This document shows positions 28,808 through 39,163 of a DNA stretch of 64,000 nucleotides, piece after piece (the stretch's first letter is position 1; every line of letters begins with the position of its first letter). The stretch covers positions 4,513 to 68,512 of the forward strand of contig JASNYX010000002.1 in the NCBI GenBank assembly GCA_048499955.1, written 5' to 3'. The notes under the pieces were generated by a model. The model was given only the letters and a program-made list of their open reading frames with translations. It had not been told where the DNA came from and ran no database searches. The position numbers and the translations under genes are program-made. This stretch comes from Patescibacteria group bacterium (GTDB taxonomy: Bacteria > Patescibacteriota > WWE3 > 2-01-FULL-39-13).

Positions 28808-30144
28808 CCCGGGGTGCGGATCTGCTCCATGGTATCCCGATCCCGAACAGTAACCGTACCATCCTCTAAAGTCTGATAGTCAATAGTAATACATTTTGGA
28901 GTACCTATTTCATCCTGTGAATAATACCTCTGGCCTATATTTCCACGATCGTCCCAGATAACTCGTAGGCCTCTCGTTATTAGAGAGTTGTAAACTTCTC
29001 TGGCTTTTGCAACAAGTTCAGGTTTGTTCTTAACCAATGGGAAAACTGCCGCCTGATATGGTGTCACAGATTCCGGCAAGCGTAAAACCACACGATCTTT
29101 TTCTTCATAATAAGCATTATCAAGCAACATCAGTAAATTTCGATTTAGCCCCCAGGTACTTTCCATTACATGCGGTACATAAACTTCGCCTGTAAAGGGA
29201 TCTCTATACTCAAGCTTCTGACCTGAATGCTTTGCGTGAGTCGAAAGGTCATAGTCAGTTCGATAGTGGAGCCCGCTTACTTCATCGAATCCCCAATCAA
29301 ATTCGTACTGAATATCAGAGGCGGCCTTAGCGTAAAAGATTAGCTTCGCGTGGGGCTTCCAACGGATTTTTTCTGAATCAATACCTAAAACATTGATATA
29401 CCAATCTTCTAAATGCTTGGCCCATTCGTCCCAATACTTTTTCCACTCTGACTCACTTGCAGGAGGCTTAATGAAATATTGGATTTCCATTTGTTCAAAT
29501 TCAATAGTTCTGAAAATAAACCTCCCTTTTGTTACTTCATTTCGGAAAACCTTTCCATGTTGAGCTATTCCAAAGGGAACCTGAACTCTAGTTGAATCCA
29601 ATACATTTTTAAATAATACGTACATTCCTTGTGCAGTTTCAGCTCGTAAAAATAAGTCCGAACGACTGGTTTCGGTTGAACCGAGCTCAGTTTGAAACAT
29701 TAAGTTAAATTTACGAACTTCACCAAGTTGATTCCCATCGGGCGATTTAACTTTATTGTCTATAAGATACTTTTGAATGTCTTCGATACTCATTAAATCA
29801 GTGTCCAGTTCGACTCCGGATTTTTTTGCATGATCTTCAACAAGATGATCGGCTCTCCACCGTCGATTGTTAACAGTATCTTCTACCATGAGGTCACTGA
29901 ATCCCTTTGCGTGTCCGCTCGCCTCCCAAACTGTGGGATGCATGAAAATTTGGCTTTCAATTCCTACGACATCGGATCGACTTCTAACAAATTTGTTCCA
30001 CCATAGATCTCTAAGCAGTTTTAGCATTTCCACACCTAATGGCCCATAATCATAGACATTCGCCAATCCACCATAAATTTCAGATGAAGGATAAATAAAA
30101 CCGCGCCTTTTACAGAGGGAAACAATTTTTTCGAATTTTGACAT
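28780..30144 (-). CDS. glyQS: Glycine--tRNA ligase, alpha2 (eukaryal-type)
   Basis: LCKRRGFIYPSSEIYGG, DYGPLG, VWEASGH, LRAETAQG, GKVFRNE, EFEQMEI, QDEIGTP, VRDRDTMEQ. Confidence 0.96.
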   Translation of the reverse strand: MSKFEKIVSLCKRRGFIYPSSEIYGGLANVYDYGPLGVEMLKLLRDLWWNKFVRSRSDVVGIESQIFMHPTVWEASGHAKGFSDLMVEDTVNNRRWRADHLVEDHAKKSGVELDTDLMSIEDIQKYLIDNKVKSPDGNQLGEVRKFNLMFQTELGSTETSRSDLFLRAETAQGMYVLFKNVLDSTRVQVPFGIAQHGKVFRNEVTKGRFIFRTIEFEQMEIQYFIKPPASESEWKKYWDEWAKHLEDWYINVLGIDSEKIRWKPHAKLIFYAKAASDIQYEFDWGFDEVSGLHYRTDYDLSTHAKHSGQKLEYRDPFTGEVYVPHVMESTWGLNRNLLMLLDNAYYEEKDRVVLRLPESVTPYQAAVFPLVKNKPELVAKAREVYNSLITRGLRVIWDDRGNIGQRYYSQDEIGTPKCITIDYQTLEDGTVTVRDRDTMEQIRTPGQTVLMNSK

Positions 30145-30190
30145 GATGAAATTATACCTAAAACCTATAATTTAGGGTATTTTAAAAGGA

Positions 30191-30826
30191 ATGAGGTCGG
30201 GAAGCGTAAAAACTAATGCAATTGTAATAAAAAGATTAAACTACAGGGATTCTGATAAGTTGGTAACCCTATACACCGAAGAATTAGGCAAAATCGTTGC
30301 GATTGCCAAAGGCATGAGAAAGATGAATTCAAAAGCACGCAGCCATCTTGAATTACTTAACTTATCAAGAGTTGAGCTAATTGAATCACACGGAAGATAT
30401 ATCATTACTCATGCGAAAACTATTTCCACATATGCAAACATAAAATCATCATATGAAAAAATTAGCGAATCCTACTATATTCTGGAATTACTCGATAAGC
30501 TTTCACCGGAAGATGAGCAAAATCCCGTCCTATACAACTTTTTAGTCAAAACAATAGAGACCCTAAACGAAATAGATTCGCCTCATCTATTGAATGCGTA
30601 TAATGTGAAAATTATAAAGATACTAGGATATTATGCCGAGTCAAATTTAAGAACCGTAGATCCTAAATTAGTGAATTACACTAGGAATCTGGTAAAGGTT
30701 AGGTATTCTGATTTAGGAAGCTTATATTGCGATGAAGATACACGCAAGCAAACTCTTCTACTGCTTAAAAATTACACCGAAGAAATACTCGAGCGAGAAG
30801 TAAAATCACACAAGAATCTCATGTGA
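30191..30826 (+). CDS. recO: DNA repair protein RecO
   Basis: AIVIKRLNYRDSDKLVTLYTEELGKIVAIAKGMRKMNSK OB fold. Lacks the zinc finger. Confidence 0.9.
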   Translation: MRSGSVKTNAIVIKRLNYRDSDKLVTLYTEELGKIVAIAKGMRKMNSKARSHLELLNLSRVELIESHGRYIITHAKTISTYANIKSSYEKISESYYILELLDKLSPEDEQNPVLYNFLVKTIETLNEIDSPHLLNAYNVKIIKILGYYAESNLRTVDPKLVNYTRNLVKVRYSDLGSLYCDEDTRKQTLLLLKNYTEEILEREVKSHKNLM

Positions 30827-30871
30827 ATACAAGATTTTCTTTGTGCAGATTTTTATACATCCCGACGGTTA

Positions 30872-32926
30872 CTATTCGAGGGTAACTTCTCTGTCGGAGT
30901 TTAAGATAAAATCTGTTCCAATTCCATCAAGACTTACTCGATATGGATCATTTGTTACACCGGACTGTTTCTGAACCAAGATCTGGTAATTATCAAGATC
31001 AATGGTATCAGGTAACTCATACACATATGTAATAACCAGATCGGTCTCTTTCTGTTGTCTTGTAAAACTTTCGATATATGTTTTATCCACAGCCTGGTCG
31101 TCAAAAGAAGCTCCTCGCGGATCTTGGCCGTCAGAAGCAGTAACAGAGAGCATCTTCGATCCTAAGGGCACATAGACCCTCATGTAGGCGTTATAAAAGC
31201 AGCATGGGTCGATATTGTACCAATCGGGTCTTTTAGGATTTTTAATTGTTACACTAACTGTGCTAATTTTCTTTCCATCTTGTACTTCAATTTTCTTGTC
31301 GACTTCTTGAGTTACAAATCCGGGGAGAGTCCAATCAGCTTTTCCTGCACCATAGTTACTTCTGCTAACGTGCAAGTAATCCTGAGTGTTGGGAATCTTG
31401 CGGATTTTTCCTGAATAGCCTAGATTATCAAATGCTAACGCAACATTTGCATCAAAAGCATAAATCATGATGTCTTTGTTACTGAGTGAGTCTAATATGA
31501 CCCTAATTACAGCCAATAAATTTGTGGCTTCAGAGGTGTACATCTTAGTCAAAATACTCTGACCCAGATACTTAATAATCTCCTTACGTCCGATTGTTTG
31601 AGCCAATTTACCTCCGGCGATAACTTCAAGCTCTTTAATAACATTATCAGCACTAAATTCTGTAACAGGAATAGTTACGAATGTGCCATCATCTCTTCTT
31701 ATGGAATATTTTTGCGTATTAACCGGACCGACAGCCTTAAGGATATCAACTGCTAAATCGTTGTTGATCTGCATAACCCCATCGATATCTTGAGGAAGAG
31801 AACGATCTTTTCTCCAGAACTGTGTTAATAAATCATTAACAGCTAGTGGAAAATCAACATTATTACTCGTAGCATCTCTGGCATACCATCTAAAAGTATT
31901 CCCCGACAAATATAAATAATTTCTCAAGTGATAAGGCACGTTTCTATTAACCAATAGCGAGTTACCGGTTCGATCTCCTTCATCTATAAAGTAAGTATCT
32001 ATCGAATAAAAAATCTCAGGTATACCTTCTTTAAATTCGACACCAACTATATAGGTGTTAAAACCGCCGGACATACGCATCTCATAGTTATTTGCCATCA
32101 ATATTAAATATCTCTTTGGAGTGTTTAAACCCATAAATTCAGGAACAGCATTAAAGAATGCTTCCATCTGAGGAGCTTTATTCGCAACCTCTTTGGATAT
32201 CGATTGTATTTCCAAAACATACTTTCTGGCATTTGTGTCAGTATCAATTCCTAAATACGAAAAATACCATGGAAGACTTGTCGGATAATCCGAAGGATCA
32301 ATTTCAGTAAGCTCTTGATCAATCTTCTTCATTCGTTCTGATATCTCAGTGACTTTCGGAGAAAATTGCGGCATAAGACGCATAAGCTTTATTACACGAT
32401 CCTGTGCAGGCAGTTGTGATGCTTCTGACTCCGCTGTTTTAAATCCTAAATCCACTGCGTGAGGCTCAAGTATTTCAATTACTAGATTTCCTAAACTGAC
32501 ACTTTCCTCTGCAACCTTAATTAAATGCTGGCTATCATTGTAGTAAATTTCAGCTTTGGGGAGCTTTCTTAAATTTGAAGCATTCGCCTCGTAAGCAATC
32601 TTGAAGTCACTCAAACCGGTCTCAATATCAGATAAACCTCTCTTCATTTGTTCCAGATCTAAATTTTCCAAACCTTGTCTAACTGTATATGTAGAATCCT
32701 TTAGCTTTTTACCTTGCTGCATAATTGCCAGTGCCGGTCGTACAAAGAAGAAGTAGCTAATACTCAAGAATAAAACACTCAAAGCTAGAAATGACCCCAA
32801 AACAATAAAGAGAACTTTTTTGTTTACCTTGATTTTAGGGAAACTGAAAGATGCTTTTGTTTTTAACGGTTTGAAATTATTTGACGACTGACCGGGTTTA
32901 TTTTTTCCAAATGCAAATCTATCCAT
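30872..32926 (-). CDS. DUF4012-family membrane-anchored protein
   Basis: One TM, coiled region, YLILMANNYEMRMSGGF, N..DFP, IDGV, NYGAGKAD, YMRVYVPLGS, VQKQSG. Typically next to polysaccharide genes. Confidence 0.78.
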   Translation of the reverse strand: MDRFAFGKNKPGQSSNNFKPLKTKASFSFPKIKVNKKVLFIVLGSFLALSVLFLSISYFFFVRPALAIMQQGKKLKDSTYTVRQGLENLDLEQMKRGLSDIETGLSDFKIAYEANASNLRKLPKAEIYYNDSQHLIKVAEESVSLGNLVIEILEPHAVDLGFKTAESEASQLPAQDRVIKLMRLMPQFSPKVTEISERMKKIDQELTEIDPSDYPTSLPWYFSYLGIDTDTNARKYVLEIQSISKEVANKAPQMEAFFNAVPEFMGLNTPKRYLILMANNYEMRMSGGFNTYIVGVEFKEGIPEIFYSIDTYFIDEGDRTGNSLLVNRNVPYHLRNYLYLSGNTFRWYARDATSNNVDFPLAVNDLLTQFWRKDRSLPQDIDGVMQINNDLAVDILKAVGPVNTQKYSIRRDDGTFVTIPVTEFSADNVIKELEVIAGGKLAQTIGRKEIIKYLGQSILTKMYTSEATNLLAVIRVILDSLSNKDIMIYAFDANVALAFDNLGYSGKIRKIPNTQDYLHVSRSNYGAGKADWTLPGFVTQEVDKKIEVQDGKKISTVSVTIKNPKRPDWYNIDPCCFYNAYMRVYVPLGSKMLSVTASDGQDPRGASFDDQAVDKTYIESFTRQQKETDLVITYVYELPDTIDLDNYQILVQKQSGVTNDPYRVSLDGIGTDFILNSDREVTLE

Positions 32927-33157
32927 AATTTTATATTTTCCGGCAAGTCGAAACTAATTTGCGAAAAAAGCCGGAGATACGAATGGCCAAACAGCCAAAA
33001 CGCTTCAACTATTCTACTAATAATAACTATTTTATCAACCGGTCAGAAATGGCCAATGAAATACACTTCAATGGTAATTGCCAAAAGCCTAAAGCGATAA
33101 AGCAGATATTTATAACTAAACTGCTCCCTTAATTATTTATAAATAAACATTCTTCTG

Positions 33158-33814
33158 TCAATATCCCTCTGCACCTTTTGCTTTTATAATTGCTAAAGGT
33201 GTCATTAATAATATCCATATATCAAATAAGATAGACTTTCGTCTGGCATATTCAACTTCCATGTCGATTCGTTTATCAAAATCTATTTCAGATCTACCAC
33301 TTACCTGCCAGTAACCGGTAATGCCCGGCTTTACGGTATAAATAATATTCAGCTTTTCTTTGTTTTCAGATGACTTTGTAATATACATCTCAAGCTCATC
33401 CGGCCTTAATGGTCTGGGGCCAATAACACTCATATCACCTCTTAATACATTGAACATCTGAGGGGTTTCATCGATTGAATATTTTCTAATAAAACGTCCA
33501 ATTTTTGTAACACGTGGATCATTTTTTATTTTGTTGTTTCCGCTTCTGATTTGTTTATATAACTCAGCATCCGTGAACAATATCTGATCAGCATTATGTA
33601 CCATAGATCTAAACTTATAAAACTCAAATGGGTGCATGCCTTTCCCAATACGCTTGTGAGAATAAATCGGTGAATGACGGTCTTCCAACCAAATCAGAAA
33701 AGAAGTAGCTATATATAGCGGCGAAAAAAGAATAAAAAACGCACAGGCAATCGCGATATCCATCATTCGCTTAACAAAGTAGTAAAATTGATTGTTTTCC
33801 GCTTTTGTTTCCAT
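33158..33814 (-). CDS. Priming phosphoglycosyltransferase (bacterial sugar transferase, WcaJ/CpsE-like)
   Basis: KRMMDI, YKFRSM, DPRVTKIGRFIRKYSIDETPQ, GDMSVIGPRP, KPGITGYWQVSGR. Confidence 0.92.
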   Translation of the reverse strand: METKAENNQFYYFVKRMMDIAIACAFFILFSPLYIATSFLIWLEDRHSPIYSHKRIGKGMHPFEFYKFRSMVHNADQILFTDAELYKQIRSGNNKIKNDPRVTKIGRFIRKYSIDETPQMFNVLRGDMSVIGPRPLRPDELEMYITKSSENKEKLNIIYTVKPGITGYWQVSGRSEIDFDKRIDMEVEYARRKSILFDIWILLMTPLAIIKAKGAEGY

Positions 33815-33819
33815 ACTAA

Positions 33820-34962
33820 TTAAGCATTCTCTTTGTAGATTTCTAAAGTTTCTTCTGCCATACGTCGCCAAGAATATCTTTTAACATTTTCGTATCCTTT
33901 TTCAGTCAGCTCTCTCCTTAATTCAAAATCCCGATGGATCTGAATCATTTTATCTGACAAATCTATGTTGCTCTTAGGGTTAAAATAATGAACACTTTGT
34001 CCGAAAACTTCTCGGTGAACAGGGATATCCGATACTAAACATGGCACACCAAATGATTGAGCTTCAAGTGGCGTAATACTAAATCCTTCCTGGAGTGAAG
34101 GGAATACATACGCCCATGCTCCTTTATACAAATATGCTAAATCTTTTTCCGAAACGTATCTTCCTTCACTAAATTTAGTTGCATAAATAAGGTTGCGATC
34201 TAAACCAAGTGCGTGTGAAAAACCGGCAACCCGCTCTGCATGGATATCTTTGCCTCCTGCTATTACCAATTGCGTATTTGATATGTCCGATTCTTTCATA
34301 AGCTCTTTATATGCGATTACAAGCATATTAAGATTCTTATGAGGAAATGCATTACCAACGTACAAGAAATATTTATTGATCACCCTCATTTCTTCTAATC
34401 GTGTTCTTAGAACCCCCATATCAGTAGGTGCGAGCTTAAGTAATCCATGATCAACACCTTCGTAAATAACCTTTGTCTTTGAACCTAACCCGGCCGAATA
34501 AGTTTTTTCAATATCATCAGAAACAGCATTACTTGGAACAATAATCTTTCGTGCTCTATGCATCGCAGTTTTTATAACAAACTCGTATCCATACTGCTTT
34601 ATCATAGAAGTTCCACCCTGGTGCTCCTGATACTTCCCCATTGTCAAATCGTGAACAGTAACCACAAATTTTTTGGGATATAAAACCGGTACATTAAAGT
34701 GGGGAACATGAAGTAAATCCAAACGTGCCTGATAAAACTCTTTTAACATATCAACCTGTTCACTAAACGTATACCAAGCTGAATCTACTATCCATTTTTT
34801 AAAATTCGGAACAGTAGGCCTATATTTATCATGATCGCGTTTACCGATAAAAATTATGTATTCATTAGTTGAGTCAATATTTTCCAACTCACGAATAAGA
34901 TTCCTAATATATCTTCCTATGCCGGAAGACGCGTATAGTCTGGCATCAATTCCTATTTTCAT
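33820..34962 (-). CDS. Glycosyltransferase family 4
   Basis: MKIGIDAR..GIGRY, VTVHDL, HKNL, FPSLQEGFSITPLEA. Confidence 0.9.
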   Translation of the reverse strand: MKIGIDARLYASSGIGRYIRNLIRELENIDSTNEYIIFIGKRDHDKYRPTVPNFKKWIVDSAWYTFSEQVDMLKEFYQARLDLLHVPHFNVPVLYPKKFVVTVHDLTMGKYQEHQGGTSMIKQYGYEFVIKTAMHRARKIIVPSNAVSDDIEKTYSAGLGSKTKVIYEGVDHGLLKLAPTDMGVLRTRLEEMRVINKYFLYVGNAFPHKNLNMLVIAYKELMKESDISNTQLVIAGGKDIHAERVAGFSHALGLDRNLIYATKFSEGRYVSEKDLAYLYKGAWAYVFPSLQEGFSITPLEAQSFGVPCLVSDIPVHREVFGQSVHYFNPKSNIDLSDKMIQIHRDFELRRELTEKGYENVKRYSWRRMAEETLEIYKENA

Positions 34963-35075
34963 ATTGTCTGTAATTATAGCTTATCTTAGATTTAAGGATA
35001 TGAAATGCCCAAAAACCCCCTAAGATCTAACCTTAAGAATAAGCGAAAACTGATCATATCAATAAGCATGGTGCT

Positions 35076-35996
35076 CTATTCCCTCCCTGTTAAACGCCTT
35101 TTAAGCTTAAGTCCGGAAATCCCCCAATAAATAAACTGAGTTATAAACTTTGGATAAACCGGTTCATAGTATTTACGATAAAAGATCTTCATAGAGTTGA
35201 TACCGGCATCAATCTGCTTCTTCTTAGTTGTCCCTGATGCTTTGGAAATAGATGAGGACACTTTTTTTGTTCCTTTAGATGCACCCTTGTAGTGAATAAC
35301 TCTTGATTCAGGGTTATAGATAATCTTTCCTGAATTTAATACTTTTAATTGATAACACAGGTCTATATCTTCGCCATTAAGGAAATAATCTTCAGACCAC
35401 CAATTTATTTTTTTACCGGCATCTCTTCTAATAAGCATATATGCACCTATACATGCATCAATTTCATGAATAGTTCTTAAATCAAGGTGTAATAAATGAT
35501 ACCCACCTAATAATTTAGGGAAAATAGCACCGAAATATTTTTCTAGGCCAAGAAAATAGCAGAAACTTCTCCATGGCGTAGGAAACCCCCTGTGACAATC
35601 CCAATCAATTCCTCCCGACCATAAGTCAACTTTGCAAGTAGTTAAAGCAACATCCGAATGCAACTCCATGTATTCGTATGGAATAGTAATTGAGTTTTTC
35701 TCAAGAATAATGTCGGGGTTGAGAAACAGTACATATTTAGAGCTGGAATCTGACTCTTTAACACCAAGGTTGTTACCTTTCGCAAATCCGTTGTTCTCGT
35801 TTTTAACTAATCTGAACCACGGATCAACCGTCAACATATTCTCAAGGTCGCTACGAATACCATCCGTCGAATCGTTATCCACGACAATTACTTCCCAATT
35901 GAAATTCGCAGACGACAAACAAGTGCGAAGACTATCCAGCATTTTTAGCGTAACTTCTCGGGCATTATAGGTTAAAACTATTATAGATATGTCCAT
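35076..35996 (-). CDS. Glycosyltransferase family 2 (rhamnosyltransferase-like)
   Basis: VVDNDSTD, NNGFAKGNN, FLNPD, EDIDLC, HYKGAS. Confidence 0.9.
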   Translation of the reverse strand: MDISIIVLTYNAREVTLKMLDSLRTCLSSANFNWEVIVVDNDSTDGIRSDLENMLTVDPWFRLVKNENNGFAKGNNLGVKESDSSSKYVLFLNPDIILEKNSITIPYEYMELHSDVALTTCKVDLWSGGIDWDCHRGFPTPWRSFCYFLGLEKYFGAIFPKLLGGYHLLHLDLRTIHEIDACIGAYMLIRRDAGKKINWWSEDYFLNGEDIDLCYQLKVLNSGKIIYNPESRVIHYKGASKGTKKVSSSISKASGTTKKKQIDAGINSMKIFYRKYYEPVYPKFITQFIYWGISGLKLKRRLTGRE

Positions 35997-36068
35997 TTAT
36001 GCGAGTATAACAAACCACAACGCTTCTAGAAGCTATCTGAAAACCTCGAAAATCCTCATAATTACAAC

Positions 36069-36198
36069 GGATCTAAAAAGCTTTCCAAAGGGAGCTTGAG
36101 GAGCGGAAAGATATCGAAAGGACAACGACATCCGCCGAAATCGTTTCGAACTTTGGAACGGTTTTAGATGAGTTCTAAGCTCCCTTATGCAAAGATCC
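36069..36198. other. Highly structured intergenic element (candidate ncRNA or REP/MITE)
   Basis: Inverted repeats GGATCT/AGATCC, AAGGGAGCTT/AAGCTCCCTT, GCGGA/TCCGC, CGAAA/TTTCG, ATCTAAAA/TTTTAGAT, TTCCAAAG/CTTTGGAA. Confidence 0.5.
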
Positions 36199-36263
36199 TC
36201 AAAATGATAGACTTTTCAAGAACATCACTTTGATTTATCTTTCAGGTAGAATCTCTTCAATTT

Positions 36264-37544
36264 ATGCAAGCATTACTTAAAAAAATCTGGATAGGAAACA
36301 GCTTCATTCTTAGCAAATCCTTTCTCGTCGTATTCGTATCACTAATGGCAAATGCTTTTGCCTATTTGTTTCAGCTACTGACAGGTAGATATTTTAGCTT
36401 GGAAGAATACGGCCAACTGAACGCCCTTTTTTCTCTCAGCGGGATCATACCACTAGCAGTTGGAATATTCATAAGTGCAACTCCTAAGGTCGTTGCCGAA
36501 ATAAAAGATCACGATTATCCCAACAGAATTTCTGCACTTTTTTTTACGTTACTCTACTTCGAAACCGGAATCTCGCTGGTCATAATAGGCGTGATGTTGC
36601 TTTTCTCGGGCTTCATTGGTGATTATCTAAACATTTCAAACATAGATCTAATCAGAATTTTTTCAGTAGCAGTTGCCGCGGGGATCTTTACAACATTTCT
36701 AAACCCGTTCTTACAAGGACTATTAAGGTTTAAAGCCTACTCCTTCTCACTATTTCTAACGGCAGCATTAAAATTGGCCGTAGCTGTCGTGGTTATATAC
36801 CTCCAATTGGATGTAGCAAGCATTTTTATAGGGCTAACTGTTACAACGCTAATCATGGGACTAATCGTAGTCTTAGCCTTAAGGAAAAATATCGTTAATA
36901 AGTTCGGAGAATTTGCAAAAGCTGATTTTAGAAAATTAATATACTATTCACTTGCAAGCTCACTAGGTCTAATCGGTCTGAACATGCTACAAAATATAGA
37001 TTTAATAGAAGTAAAACATTTTTTTGATGAAGCGACTGCCGGGATATACGCATCAACCTCGGTTATCGGAAAAATTGTTTTTTACGCAGCTTCACCTGTG
37101 GGAATAGTAATGTTACCTATCTGCTCTGAAAAATATATTAAAGGTGAAAATTTTATCAAGCCATTTGCAAGTGCACTGGCGATTGCTTTGTTTGTAAGCG
37201 GATGTATAACTGTAGGGTATATGCTCTTCCCTGAAGCAGTTATTAACATTCTCTTCGGATCAAGATACTTATCCGCGAGGGATCTTCTTCCACAGTATGC
37301 TTTTTTTACACTCACCTACACTATTTTATATATAGTAACCTTATTTTTAATCTCAATTTCTAAATTCAAAGCAAGCTCGCTCCCAATGATTTCTGTTCTC
37401 GTTCAGTATTTCGGAATTAAATTATTTGCGGACTCTCCTAGTACCGTGATTTATATATCCACAATATCCATTCTGATTGTTGTAATACCAATGTTATTTA
37501 TAGTTTATAACCTGTATAAGGCACACGGCGAAAATGAAAATTAA
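36264..37544 (+). CDS. Wzx-type oligosaccharide flippase
   Basis: About 12 TM segments, EEYGQLNALFS, LQGLLRF, NIDLIEVKHFF..AGIYA. Confidence 0.85.
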   Translation: MQALLKKIWIGNSFILSKSFLVVFVSLMANAFAYLFQLLTGRYFSLEEYGQLNALFSLSGIIPLAVGIFISATPKVVAEIKDHDYPNRISALFFTLLYFETGISLVIIGVMLLFSGFIGDYLNISNIDLIRIFSVAVAAGIFTTFLNPFLQGLLRFKAYSFSLFLTAALKLAVAVVVIYLQLDVASIFIGLTVTTLIMGLIVVLALRKNIVNKFGEFAKADFRKLIYYSLASSLGLIGLNMLQNIDLIEVKHFFDEATAGIYASTSVIGKIVFYAASPVGIVMLPICSEKYIKGENFIKPFASALAIALFVSGCITVGYMLFPEAVINILFGSRYLSARDLLPQYAFFTLTYTILYIVTLFLISISKFKASSLPMISVLVQYFGIKLFADSPSTVIYISTISILIVVIPMLFIVYNLYKAHGENEN

Positions 37545-38413
37545 TTTACTTTCAGTAATCGTGCCAGTATATAAAAAAGAAAAAACAATAATCACGGAGA
37601 TAGAAAAAATTCACGATACCTTACAAACCACCCATTACCCATTTGAATTAATAATCGTCGTAGACGGAACTTCACTAGATAAATCTTACGAAAAAGCCAA
37701 AGAAGTAAAACTAAAAGGGGTCAAAGTTTACGGATACAAGACAAACAAAGGCAAAGGGCAAGCCGTGAGATACGGAATGTCAAAATCAATTGGCGACATA
37801 ATAATGTTCATAGATTCAGGAGGGGATATCGACCCGCAAGGTATAGTAATGCTTCTCGAACACTTAAGATGGTATAACGCCGACATAATAGTCGGTAGCA
37901 AAATGCATCCGGTCAGCAAAATCAATTACCCTTTAAAGCGAAAAATTTTCAGCCTTTTATATTTCTACATGATAAAGATGATGTTTGGATTAAAAATCCA
38001 TGATACCCAAACCGGACTGAAGGCATATAAGCGAAAAGTTTTAGATAAGGTATTAGAAAGATTAGTAGTCAAAAGATTTGCCTTCGACATCGAAATCTTG
38101 GCAGTTGCCAACAAGCTGGGCTTCAAAAAGATTTATGAAGCTCCCGTGGTTGTGAATTGGGATCCGAATGAAACTTCGATTGTGGGTTTATTTTCAAGCA
38201 ACGGAATTTTGGAATTTTATCGCAGATACTCTAGCTGTCTGGTATCGGATGAAAATTCTGAACTACTACAAAGGCAAGCGACACCGGGTGAAAATATTCG
38301 ATAAGGAACTAGGACTATATGTAAACACAGGCGATATGACCGGCAAAAGCCAAGTCATAATAGAATTTGTCGATAGATGGTGGAAACGCATATTTCGAAC
38401 CGGCCACAAGTAA
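37534..38413 (+). CDS. GT2 (polyprenol-phosphate glycosyltransferase-like), with +1 frameshift at about 38207
   Basis: VIVPVY, VVDG, NKGKGQAV, FIDSGGD, DTQTGLK, FAFDIEIL. The natural C-terminus (WNFIADTLAVWYRMKIL) continues in another frame after GGAATTTT-GGAATTTT. Confidence 0.82.
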
Positions 38414-38528
38414 GCATAATCCAGCTCATGTATACCATCACTTCCCCACAAAACCTCCTATAGCGTATACTTGAAAGACACGCTTGACTGGCGTGATAGT
38501 ATTTATAGTATAAAACCTGCTCAAAAAT

Positions 38529-39158
38529 ATGGGCAAAAAACTAGAGTGGATAACTATCGTTATACCTCTTCAAAACACGTCAAATTATATTGACATAATA
38601 CTTCAGAAGCTCACCTATAAAGCTTATAGGCTCAAATATAAGTACGATATAAGTACCGAGTTTGTGTTTATTGATAATGGAAGTACTGATAATACCCTCG
38701 ATATAATTCAGCAAAACTTTAAGCATCCAAATGTTGTCTGCCACAGAGAGCCCGAGCCTCTTTCATATAATGATGCTGTTAGATCTGGAATAGAAAAATC
38801 TTCAGGGGAATTCATACTATGTATGAACACAAACCTTAACTCTCCATTAACCTTGATCGACGAATTTATAAAGAATATCAGGGACGTTAACACAGTTTTC
38901 ATATCGACCGGTATTTTTATGTTTCACAGAGTGATCGCGGATACCGTATTTACAAAAACAGGTGTCTTCAAATCAAGCTTTGAAAATGAGATTAAATATC
39001 TTTCAAATAAATATGAATTAATAATAAGATATATAGGATATAGCTCCGAGAACAACCTTAATTCTCTAAAGGAAACACTTATGTACTTAGTAAATTTATA
39101 TCACCGAAGAACAGATCAATTAAAAATTAAAGTAAACGATTTGTTAGGTTACTATTAG
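38529..39158 (+). CDS. Divergent GT2-like protein
   Basis: TIVIPL, FIDNGSTDNT, GEFILCMNTN (DxD lost), FENEI. Confidence 0.65.
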   Translation: MGKKLEWITIVIPLQNTSNYIDIILQKLTYKAYRLKYKYDISTEFVFIDNGSTDNTLDIIQQNFKHPNVVCHREPEPLSYNDAVRSGIEKSSGEFILCMNTNLNSPLTLIDEFIKNIRDVNTVFISTGIFMFHRVIADTVFTKTGVFKSSFENEIKYLSNKYELIIRYIGYSSENNLNSLKETLMYLVNLYHRRTDQLKIKVNDLLGYY

Positions 39159-39163
39159 ATTCT

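Noticed and set aside
36040-36220. RNase P, tmRNA, SRP RNA or hammerhead ribozyme identity for the structured spacer
   Set aside because: None of the diagnostic motifs (GAGGAAAGUCC, tRNA-like CCA end, SRP helix-8 motif, CUGAUGA core) was found on either strand.
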